This document shows, piece by piece, positions 27,162 through 40,527 of a DNA stretch of 64,000 nucleotides (position 1 is the first letter of the stretch; each line of letters starts with the position of its first letter). Position numbers and translations under genes: made by a program. The notes under the pieces are model-generated. The model was given only the letters and a program-made list of their open reading frames with translations, did no database searches and had not been told where the DNA came from. Source of the DNA: Tricharina praecox (taxonomy: Eukaryota); assembly GCF_024521635.1 (NCBI RefSeq), contig NW_026250427.1, positions 310,001-374,000 of the forward strand, in the 5' to 3' direction.

Positions 27162-27231
27162 CTGGCGCGAATAAAGTCAGTGTCTCGCGCCTTTTTTATT
27201 TTTATTCCTCGGAAGAATTATGCGTACATAC
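27162..27231 (-). other. Putative 5'-UTR intron of the homeobox gene
   Basis: Minus strand GAG|GTATGT donor at 27231, CTGAC branch near 27180 and CAG acceptor at 27162, 29 nt upstream of the ATG. Confidence 0.7.
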
Positions 27232-30200
27232 CTCCGTAGCAGGAATTAAACGTTCCGAGTGATCTAGGTCGACAGTATTAGGAGACCGAATGGAGACTTT
27301 TCCCGTACGGCTGAGAGCTGGCAATCGCTTACGATTCTGATGGAGATTGCGACAGTTAACCTGAACGTGCCGAATCGATATGGGAGCTGTTGAGGTGGTA
27401 GTATTGGTGAGTTCGAGACAGTTGAATCCTCGTACTATGCGTAGGGGGGGTGGTTGTGGATGTGATTAACGCCGGTCGGAGACGCTGAATCCCAAGTGCT
27501 GCTTGCCGGTTGATTGTATATGGAGACTGGTGGTAAGAGAAAGATGAAAAATGGTTGCGATAACCGTCGAGAGAGTGTGAGTGTTCGGGGGGATGAATAT
27601 GCCGTCTACGGTATTATCTATCGCTCAGGGGAAAGAAGGCTGAAGGGTGAGTTTCCGGATGAGTGATTGTGGAGGAGTGAGTTTATGACGATAGTTCACG
27701 AAGCCGTAGAACAACAGGTATTGACGAGCCGGAAATAGTCCCAAAAGAGAACAAGAGAAAGAATGGATATGGAATAACTAGAAGGTCAAATGGGGGGGGT
27801 ACAATATGCCAAAAAGGAGCGTCTAGGACTGCCAAAAGAGTGAGGCGAGTATCCTGAAGAAGGCGAGCAGAAAAGGCGTAGCACGAGGGAAGCTGTGAAA
27901 TGAAGATGGAGATCAACTGTGAGAGGGAATGGTTCGAAGTTCAAAGGGAAGAGAGAGGAGGAGAGAAGGGGGGTGGATAGAAAGAAAAACCCACCTTAAG
28001 CGTGCCTGCCGCCCTGCGCAGCTCCTCCACCACCAGCAGCAGCAGCACAGGAGCAGCGTCCATGGGTCTGGCCACCCAGTTGAGCGACCACACACACTCT
28101 CGCTCCCCGCTGAGCCCACCCACTCGCCCACTCGCCCACCCACACCCCACCGTCTCCCGTGCCCGAGAGAGAGAGAGAGAGCCCCTCGCCGTCCGCGCCC
28201 TCGTCGCACTCCGCGCCCTCCTGCCCTCCTCGCCATCCTTCCCCTCCTCCCCCTCCTCCTCCCTCACGCCCTTGTGCATCCCATACTGACTAACTAACCC
28301 ACCCACATACCATGCCAGCCTTGACCGACCACTCACACACCACGTTCGCGAACGGCGGCAGCCACCTCATCGCAGACGATCTCACGCTCTCACCCACTTC
28401 GCCCCACACTCGCCAACAGCATGCTTCCGGTTCCTGCGTCTCATCGCCCTTGCGCCCAGTAGAGTGCTTCCTGCTCCGGACTTCCAGAGTATGTACGAGC
28501 ACGAGCATACACTCGAGCACATCCGCCGCGCCCGACAGCGACAACGACAAGGCCAGTCGGCATCCGGCCACTCGCGACCGCCTTCCATGGTTTGTTTGTA
28601 TGAAGCGGTACTCCAAGTAGGCGTGCTGCTGCTGCTCCAATGCCCGTCGCTGATGCCCAGAAGAATCCGGCGGCAGCTCACGGCAGGGAAGGGAGGGGAG
28701 CGAGGGGTGAGGGAGGAAAAAGCAAACCACTCTTTTGAGCCCACCCACCCACCCACACAACTCCTTCGCCCAGTCTCGCTCCTCTCACCTCGCACCTCCC
28801 ACCCACGCAGGAAACTCCACAGCCGTTCTTGTCTTTTAGACTTGGAGTAGAGTGCCGACCCCTGCACAGGTGCAAACCCCCTTGTCCGCCTGTGTTTGGT
28901 ACTCTAGCCCAGGAACAGGCACCACCACACAAGCCAGTGCAGTAACGAGCGAAACCCCCCCTCTGGCTGGCAGGTGTGTGCGCGCGTGAGGGTTCCGGTT
29001 CCTAAGTGTGTGTTGTGTTCGAGAGAGAGAGAGAGAGAGGCGAGGATCGGGAAGAAGGGAGAGTTATAGAGTAGCATCCTTCCCATACTTTTTACTCACT
29101 CTACCTATGCCATCGTCAGGCATCTCTTCGTATGAATTTAAAGAAGAATGAGAAGAAAAATAAGAGAAAAATAAGAACAAAAACAGAGAACAAAAACAAG
29201 AAGAAACAAAAAAAACCGGATGCCTTTACGCAAACTCCCCAAGTACTTGTTTCCGTACTTGTTTGTTTGTTCGTGTACTCCCCCACCCCGGCCAGGTCTT
29301 CCAGGTCTTCCAGGTCTTCCAAGTTCCCCAAGAGTCAAGAGTCAAGACAGCCATTCGATTCGATTTCGATCATTGCCTTGTGGCACGCACGTACTCTACT
29401 CCCTCCATATGTCTGATATGATGGAAGGCGTCGCCGTCCTTTGGGCGCCACCACACCGTCCGTGAAACGTCCTATAAACTCGCGTCCTATTTGTCCCCGC
29501 GGACACCCGCCGAAACGTTCTCGGAGAATAGCGTCTCGTCTGCGTGGTCTGAAAGGACGGCTGGAGGTGCCCATAGGCTGCGGGGGCGTCGTCATCAATT
29601 AACTATCCTTTTCGACTGGATTGGATGGATTGGACTGGATGGGTATGTAGAGAATGTATTGCACATGGAGGCTCCTTATCGAAGCTGGCTTGCTCTTACA
29701 TACTCTACATACTCGTCCTGTGTAGAGCAGTGAACCAGGTGCCTAGGGGGAGGCTGACCATGACCGTGATGCCGAACGACGAGCGACGAACGGCGGTAGG
29801 ACACTCTGGCGAGGGACACAGAGAGAGCGAGCGAGGCAACGAATCGAATCGGGGGCATGCTTTCGGCACTAATGGCACTAGATACTACCTAGCTCGGAAA
29901 AGGGGTGTCATACTTGAGTACCGGTATGTGGTGGCTGTTGCTGGGCAGGTACCGTACTCTACTGACCTGGGCATAGAGTTACCGGTACCGTACCACTTAC
30001 CGTACATACTCTACAGACCGAAACCTTGAGGTTTTTGAGACGTTGATGGAAACCTGCTGAGAGAGACTTGAGAGAGACTCGAGAGCTACACTGCCCACAA
30101 TTTGCAGTCCATAGTCCGCAGACTTCCGAACCGCAGAACCGCAGACTTCCGAACCGCAGAACCGCAGAACCGCAGAACCGCCAAAACCTCGGGCAGCGGG

Positions 30201-30915
30201 CAGCGGGCTTTGCCGTCTTGCCGTCCTTACATATCTACGGTGCATAGGCAGGTATGATTCTGCTGCTGGAGCGGGAGCTACCGTACTCCTATGTACCAAG
30301 CTGCCGAATGAGCCCGCTATTACTAGTAACTACAGTAGTACCGGTAGTACCCTCCAAACCGCCCACGTGCTCGGACCATCGTCGACATCGACATCGACGT
30401 CGACGCCGACGACTGGATAGGTATCGGGTGACGGGACGGACGCTGGACGGAATAAAGGCCCATGGAAGGCACGTCAGATTCTGACTCTGACTCTCTTGCA
30501 GTGCGGATTCTACCTTTGGACTCTGGAGCGGGGCGGGCGGGTGAGGGTGAGGGTGAGGGTGGTCTGTGGTAGGTATATGTACCTGGACGCATGCAGGATA
30601 TTAGGATATCAGGGTATCAGTATTCAGAGTCGGAGTCGGAATCGGAGTCGGACTTGAGGAGGGGGCATGAGGATCTAAATCTACGCACTGCACTGTAAGT
30701 AAAGTGCTGTACTGCACCCCACGCACATCTGTTCTCTGGATCCCCCACCGGAAGATTGTTATTTTAGAAAAGGAGGAGGGAAAAAGGGGTCCCTCATCAC
30801 AAGCCCACTGTTGACTAAGCCGGCCGGCGACGTCCGCGTCTATCTTGTTTACATACGCGGATCGAGAGGTGCACGTTCGACGAAGAAGGTCGACTTCCTC
30901 ATGGACGTTTCCGCG

Positions 30916-31219
30916 CTGCTGGGTCGGCTTCCAGTCGGACTGATTGAGTGTACTCTACGTTAAGTGGGTGGGTATTGGTACCCGCCTTTCCGTCCATCCC
31001 CCTCCCCACTGTGGATGGAAACTTGGTCTTTTTGCCCCCTCATCCCAAGAACATCATTGGATTTCTTGCTTCTTGGTCGGCTTCTTGGTCGGCTTCCAGA
31101 CGGACCGATTGTGCATCAAGTGGGCGGGTATTGGTACCGGCCCTTCCATCCATCCCCCAACACTGTTGTCAGAAACCTGGTCCTTTTGCCTCTCCCCGAG
31201 ATCATCACTGGATTCCTTC
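30916..31219 (+). repeat. Diverged tandem duplication, period ~165 bp
   Basis: GGTCGGCTTCCAG..AAGTGGGYGGGTATTGGTACC..TCCATCCCC..GAAACYTGGTCYTTTTGCC..ATCAYTGGATT occurs twice. Confidence 0.85.
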
Positions 31220-32406
31220 AAGAGCCGTCAGTACATACTCTATAGGATCTCCTTGTCGTGCGAGTCTTCTAGTCGGATTATAGCTCCATCTGACCTCCAC
31301 CACCTCCAATCACCAAATCCAAGTTCACGAAGATGCGGAACTCCGAAGCTCAGCTTTGCCTCCCCGCGTTTTCCTGCCTGCCTACACTGCCTTCTCAAGC
31401 TACCAAGGTGGCTAGGATTCCATCGATAATGATATCGCCAAAGTTAGCGAGACATTTGTCCGGACAGAACCGTTTTTTCTGTTGCCACTTGCGCCGCCTT
31501 GGTGCGTTCCAATGGAATGCTGACGCCGAGCAGCGGTTCATGCGCCAAACCTGTTCCTTCACGGCGGTAAAACGGCGAAACTCGTGACTCGACGGGGAAA
31601 AGCGCCGTCAAAGACGGGGGGATGGGGAGAGGTGGATAAATGGTGGATTGAGTTGCGGGCAGGGCTCTACACACTACCGTATACATACGGCGATGCGCTC
31701 CCTCCATGTATGGTACTATACTCCACGGTACCTGTGGAGAACTATTTACTAGGTAACTACATAACTTTTATTTATCTCCCGAGTCGCTACTCTATATACA
31801 TCCTATATACCTACACACCGATCAGGATCAGGATCAGGATCCACAACTAACGTAGGAACGTAGCCTAAATTGATGAGCGCGGGAATTTTCCACACACATA
31901 CCTACACACATAAAGCTCTGCCAGACACAGGCACAGGCACAGGCACAGGCACGGCGCCAGTCAATCAATCAGTCAAGGATTCAAGGATGCCGAATACATA
32001 CCGCCGGTACTGCCGTTCAAATTTCCGCGCTGCAGCATACATAGTCGAGTTGCCTAGGCAGGTACTTTTGTAGGTACTTTTGTACGTAGGTGCTTAGGTG
32101 CTTGGTTAATACCCCGCCCATCAATTGCCCCGCCCCGCCCCGGCGCCCCCAGTGCCCTATGACTTATCTACTACTTACTGACTTATCCGTATCTACGCGC
32201 TTCTTTCTGGTCCTGTCTGGTCTGGGCGCGCGGGGGCGGCGGGGAGAGGGAGGGGGGAGGAAGGAAAACGTCATGAGCATCGCCGTGCGCAGCATGAGAC
32301 ATCCGTACCGGTTGTATCCATAAGAGGCGTCGGCGTTGGGGCGTCGGCACGGGGCTTCGGTGCAGCGGATAGGCAGAGTGAACCACTGAACCATGTGCCA
32401 GTTTAC

Positions 32407-32453
<47 letters not shown>

Positions 32454-35400
32454 ATGGGGGGCAATAATCGCGATTCCAACATCAATGTCAACATCAATGC
32501 CGTCTTCCGAAAATCCGAAGTCTGAAGTCCGATGTCCGATGTCCGCGGGAGTACCTGTCTATGTATGTACTTTACGGTAGACACGTACAGTGCAGTGCAG
32601 GACAGTACCTGTATCGGTACCGGTATATAATAATGTAAGAAAGAGCACACCAACACCAGCTGAGTGTCTGGGTGTCATATATATATATAGCGAGGGCTTG
32701 CATTCGCTAGATAAATAGCCACGGCAAGGGACACGGCAACGGCAGCGGACACCGGCAAAGCCAGACCGGACCGGACGGAGCCCTGGGAGATCGAAGCTCT
32801 ACTCCTATGTAAAGCATATTTATGTCTGTATGTACTCACCTCTGTATGTAATACGGTATGTACTCTACTCTATGTCCACTCACAATGGTATTAGTTGTGC
32901 TGAGACCCCACTCACCCACTGTCCAGTATCATACATAATCAAGGTGGTATGATACGATTATTGCAGCACATCGTTGCATTATTTCTCTCCCGAGATCCCC
33001 AAGGCTGACCCCGCCCCCCCTCGCCCTCGCCCCTCGCCCCTCGCCCCCATGTTTTTCTTCTGTTTTTTGTTTTTTTGTGGACGCATCGTCATCGGATAGT
33101 ACTCGCGGATCCGGAAGGGGTGGGGATAGGGGGCAGTGGGTTTCAGAAATTGACGGCGCCGGCCAATCATGCGGGCCCCATGGCCCTTGCAGTTGCACTG
33201 TTGATCCATAATCCGTTGCCCCATAGTTAACATTTGTCCAGCAGCAGCAGAAGAAGAGAAGTAGATGGATGCTAGTAGGGCATGGTGCAGCCCCGAATAT
33301 ATCATATGTACCAGCTGCAACTGCGGAAAAGGACAAAAGGGAATGGAAAGGAAAGGAAAGGAAAAGGATTTCTCGCTGGTGATCAGAGTATGTGGAGTGC
33401 CCACCTGGGTGTGAGGCATGAGGTATGCTACAGGCGTCCATGTATCCATCTACACAGGTACTCAAAGATACCCATCTACATATCGTATCCACGTACATAC
33501 GGTACTTCCTACATACATCCATACAGTACCGGGCCGCTACCGCAACGTGTGCCGACCCCGTGTCTCGTCTCAACCGCGCCACGAGTGGCCGCTGGTCAAC
33601 GACGCCAGCTTTCGTCTCAACTCTCGATCCGTTGCTTCACGCTTCGTTGCTTCACGCCTCGTGCTTCACACTTCACCGGGGAGGGGGGGTGAGCAACGCG
33701 TTGTTTTGAAACCTCACGGTAAGCAGCTGCGATGCGACGCGGGGGGCCTGCTTCGACGCGCGGGGAGGGGGGTGGTGGTCAATCGGTCGGTCAGGGACGG
33801 AGACTCGAGAGAGAGCAGGCAGGCAATACGGTATACTACTATATCTACTGTATATACTGTATATACTAGTAAATAGAGTACTATCTGTCTGGGTGTGTAT
33901 AGTAGAAGTAGAGTAGAGTACGGTAGAGTATGGTACCTGAATTCGACGAGCAACTAATTCAACGAGTAACCAAGTACCTAGGCTACCTACCAGGCGGTTT
34001 GCGTACCCGTACCGTACCGTATGTCACGGGCAGTACAGACAGACAGTAGTTACATACGTGTGACACGCTATCACAAGCGACCGTCGTCTCCTCCCCCTCG
34101 TTTCATCGTCTCATGACGCCTCCGGAACTGTGCCACTCGCCGCCGGGCGCCCAGACGTCTCTCTCCGGTCGCTGGTTGGTTGGCGGTCGCCAGAGAGTGA
34201 GTGAGTGGGACATGTCCGAGCCACATTCCGTCTTGCGGGAGAGCGCACATGCCCGAGCGCCGGTGTGTGTGTTCACTGTTCAGCATGCACCGGCCGGAGG
34301 GATCGAGACGAGAGAGAACTAAAACGATGCTCCGTGCCTGCTTGCTTACTTGCCTGCCTGCTTGCTGGGGAAACGGGATTCCTTGCATTCACAACTACCC
34401 GGTCGGTACAGGGCACGGCCGGAGCGCTACTACAGGGCCACACATAGGTAATCATCACGAAAACCACCACCGCCGCCGCCTTCTTCCATGCCATGCCTGC
34501 CCTGGGAACCCTCCATATGCAATACTATATATATTGCTGCCGCTGCCGGAGAGTCGAGTCGACAAGACAAGACAAGACAAGACATATCCGGTGCCGACAT
34601 GTTTTTCCAGTTGGTCGGTTTTTTCTCTCTCATTCTTTCCCCCCGACCCCGGCTGTACATCGGTAGCCATGGTAGAGTAGAGTAGAGTGGGTAGAGTAGA
34701 GTGATCAAAGTCGCCCGGGTTTGCCTGTCCACACCGTACACCGCACCGCACGTTCACGGTTCCACTGGACCCAGTCCCTCACCCCTCCCCCCCTTTCCGA
34801 CAATCCGCGCCATCAACAGGCATCAGCTGGAATGCTCGGCTCCAGAGTGTCGGCGGGTCGCAAGTATGTACTGTAGAGTACAGCTCACACTCCCCGTCTC
34901 TCCCCCCTTCCGCCGTACCGTATGGGAAGGCGCAGTCGACGTACTCTACGTCGGGGGAAGAGTCCTTTGCTCTAGCATCTGCCATCTGGTCCGGGTAGTT
35001 TTGATTCGACTCAGGAGGAGGAGGGCCGGGGGGAGGCGGCGCATTGGAGTTCCCGATTGACGTTTTGCCGATGCGATGAGTTGATTCGGCGCGCTCGAAG
35101 ATTCCCGAGTTTCGTGTTGCCTGACGGATGGAATGTCCGGCCAATCCAGTCGACGGTCCTGTCTTGGGAGGGAGGGGGCACATCGATGCGCGGCGAAGGT
35201 GGGCAGCTGAGAATCGGATCGGATCGATCTTGTGCAGCCGTAGAATAGTACTGGATAACTTCCATAGTACATAGTACCTGTGAACTGCGGCGGTCTGGTG
35301 CCTGAAAGTCAACATGTACCGGTTCAGAGGCCTTCGGAGGCCTTCTGTCGTACGAAATGTCATCAGGAACGTAAGAACATAGGAATGAGACAATATTGAG

Positions 35401-35640
35401 TGAGACATGGAATTCCTTCCATATCTTACTCTCCTTTCAGGTGAGATTCCAACCGCTGAGTAGAAGCTCCGCGTACCTGGTTGCATCCATTCCAGAGCAT
35501 GACAACCGATTAGTTATCGATGGATAGGTCCTCGCCAACTCGTCGAACGGCGCCGTAAGCGCAATCTGCCAAAGAACTAAGCACTGCAGCTGAACACTCT
35601 CTGCGAGCAATCCGTTCCGGTCTGCTCGGGTCGGGTCCTG

Positions 35641-35864
35641 GACTTGTTCTGCGGAGCCGAGGAAATATATTGTGGAGCGGAAGGCGGTGTCTGTCTCGGT
35701 TTCGAGAGGTCGGGTTTCGCTTGATTGTTGCGAGCTGCAGTTCACTCCACTCACGACTTCGAATTAGACTTGTTCTGCCGAGTCGATGAAATATATTGTG
35801 AATGGCGGTCTCGGTCTCAAGAGGTCGGGTTTCGCTTGGTTGTTGCAAGCTGCAGTTGAATCCA
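35641..35864 (+). repeat. Diverged tandem duplication, period ~127 bp
   Basis: GACTTGTTCTGC..GAAATATATTGTG..GAGGTCGGGTTTCGCTTGRTTGTTGCRAGCTGCAGTT at 35641 and 35768. Confidence 0.85.
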
Positions 35865-36352
35865 AGTGACCGCGTCCGAAGAAGGTTCGAGCTTTCTTCC
35901 ACCACCACTACCCGGAAGCCGGATATCGTGCCAATGTTTCTTGAAGTTTCGATGAATGAAGGATGCCGTGCCATGATCCAAATAGTGTTGACGTTGTGAG
36001 GGGCCTCGATTTGGTGATTTCGGCTACCAAGGCTCATCTGTCTTGGTGTTGACGATTGCGAATTGACAAGACAAAGCTGCGTAGGCGTTCCAAGGTGGGG
36101 TTGTGCACGGTGATGTCGTATTTATGGCTGGGCATCGACGTGCTCTGGAGTCTGAAGCTGTATTGCGTGCGATGTCGAGGTGAGAAGGACGCACGAGACG
36201 GATGGATAAGATAAGCAAGGCTAGGCCAGGCAAGGCAAAATAGCTCGTCAACAGAGCCTCTCAAATCACGACATCACCCTGACCCAATCGCACGCCAGGG
36301 ATAGGAAAGCCCCGCCATCAAAAAACGCAAAATGTCCCCGCCATCGCTGCAT

Positions 36353-36504
36353 CTGATGAAGATGCCATACCTTGGGAGCCAGGCACAAGAGCACTACCCC
36401 CCGCAAACCTCCGGAGAACCGCGCCTGCGGCTGATGAGGACATCTTGGGAGCTAGGCACGAGAGCACTACCCCTCCCCGCGAACCTCCGGAGAACCGCGC
36501 CTGC
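36353..36504 (+). repeat. ~75-bp tandem duplication in the MET3 upstream region
   Basis: CTTGGGAGCYAGGCACRAGAGCACTACCCC..AACCTCCGGAGAACCGCGCCTGC at 36371 and 36444. Confidence 0.85.
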
Positions 36505-36806
36505 ATGTAGAGTCCGCCCGTGATGGCGAATCCACCCATCTAAAGCACGTCATTCCACATGGACGGAGCGTGAAGCAAAAGCCTCGCTTCCAAAATAGTT
36601 TGCAGGGCGCAAAAAAAAAGTGTCCTGCCGGAACTTTGCCCCACCATAGAATACCGTTGCGCTAGAGATTCAGTTTTCCTTCCGCGTCTCCCCCTCCTCT
36701 TCATACCTTCCGCTGCGGATCTTGGCTCTGGGTTGTTTTATACCACTAGGCTTGCTCGTCTGCTTCACCGTTTCTGACCCTCCTCACCATCCTTTGTTCG
36801 TTGTGA

Positions 36807-38683
<1,877 letters not shown>

Positions 38684-39459
38684 AAATCGGTTGTTTAGAC
38701 GGCGGCGCTGAGGGATTCATACTGTTATGAGGAGTTTTGGGTACATGTATTGGCTTTTTGCTGAGAGGACCCCCCACCGACTTGTAGGGGTTGAACATGT
38801 TGTTGCTTTGTAAGATTCGGTAGATGTACGTACGTATTGCGGGGAAACATTTGACGTTTGGGCGTTCTGGAACACATTTCCCACCTACGAGCGAGTGATT
38901 ATGTGTGAATCAACACGATCGGTAGCCACTATATGTATAGTACTACGGTAAATACTGGTACAGGGCTGGGCCCTTTCCTTCTTGCGGGACAACTAGGTGT
39001 GGAGACTCGCAGCATAGGAAGAAGGATTACATTCGAAACTCGATTCGGTCATGTTTTTGAGTCTCGAGTCGAGACCATCCACGCCGAAACCCAACGGCAC
39101 AGCTCAGCCGGACGACATCGACATCGACATGCATCCATAATACCGGTATCGTCGCGAGCAGCAGCGGCAGTGGCAGCACGTTGGAACATAGACAGATAAA
39201 CACCAGACAAGGCGCACGCATATATAGTAGTGCGTGACGCTGTCACCGCCGCCGCGGCGAGCCCCCCCCCCCTCCCCAGTAATCAGAGAACAATTGAACA
39301 TCTGGGATGCCCGGTGCCGAACGGCTTTATCGGGGCCGGGGCGATGTGAGTTTGCAGCTGCGCGCGGCTACAGCTTTGGTACCAACCTTCAAGTCGTCAG
39401 AAACCCCCCAGGTTTGAAAATACAGCTCCATAGCACCCGAACAGGCCCTCAGTTACGGA

Positions 39460-40527
39460 TGCAATCTGTTATGACGCCCGACGCTCGACGACTCGCTTTT
39501 GTTCTTTTTTATTTGATTCATTGATTGCATGCGACCTACATCTTATCTAGATCCTGGCAATATCTACCTGTATTAACCCTCCGCTTCCCCGCCACTATTC
39601 AACCCAAATCCGCCTGTGACGCTAGTGCTTAGGGTTAACAAGCCGAGTGACCGTCCATACAGCGAAATCTCGATTTCAAGAACCCCCACCTATGAAAGCC
39701 TCCCTCCCCTCCCCCCCTCTCTCCTTTATCCTCCTCATCATCATCGGCGAACATACTAGGTGAACACACTGATCAGGTCATCGCTCGTTTCGATTCCTCT
39801 GCGATTCAGTGATTCGCAGCGGGTCGATTGGGGATGAGAGTATCTCTATGTGTTGGTCTGGTACTGTTTGCTTACTTTTTGGAACTGGGGTCTGGGCGCT
39901 CAGCTGCAGATGTTCTGACTGGATCCCCCTCTTTTTTCATTGCTTCTCTGGCTACTATGCGAGAGGGCGAGGAAAATTGCTTGGGTGGCTCCTATCGAAT
40001 AGCTGTCTCTCTAGAACTCATGGATGCAATGGCGAATCAGTGAGCCGCAGAAGAATCGAAACGAGCGATGAGAAAGGAGAGAGTGGGGGAGGGGGGGTGG
40101 CTTTTATAGGTGTTGATGGGGTTCTTGATTTCGCAGAATCATAGCCGGTCACTCGACACCGCTAGCCCTAAGCAGTAGCTTCACAGGCGGCGACACACGC
40201 CAGTGGGTGTTGAGCGGGTAGGGCTGGGCGGAGAGGGGGGAGGGTGCTGAGGTTGAGAAGCCGAGATCACTCCCCCTATTCCTCCCCACGCCTTCTTTCG
40301 TGGCATCTCCTGTTGAAGAGGCAGGAGGCGAGGCGGGGTGAGGAGCGGATTGTTCTTTCCTGGCTTTATTTCTTTGGTGCGCTCATATATCGTCGGGATA
40401 GGCCACGGCGCGGAGTGCACGGGTAGAAGATATTGTCATGGTCTAGATAGGTCGCATGCAATCAATGAATGAACAAGAAAAAGAACAAAAGCGAGTCGTC
40501 GGGAATCGGGCATCATAACAGATTGCA
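39460..40527. mobile_element. ~1.07 kb foldback/MITE-like element containing cassette copy 3 (+, 39610-40030) and truncated copy 4 (-, 40032-40192)
   Basis: Imperfect terminal inverted repeats of ~110 bp: TGCAATCTGTTATGACGCCCG..GACTCGCTTTTGTTCTTTT..CATTGATTGCATGCGACCTA at 39460, and its reverse complement ending 40527. Internal arms are also inverted. No transposase ORF and no clear target-site duplication. Confidence 0.55.

Noticed and set aside
36353..36504. CTGATGA at the start of both tandem units, suggesting hammerhead ribozymes
   Set aside because: No stem II followed by GAAA and no cleavage-site helix. I also found no hammerhead core in the 18-20 kb or 39-40 kb repeats.
39467..40520. 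TGTTATGA...TCATAACA as retrotransposon LTR ends
   Set aside because: The inverted homology extends beyond the TG/CA, there is no TSD, and the 18-20 kb copies lack these ends.
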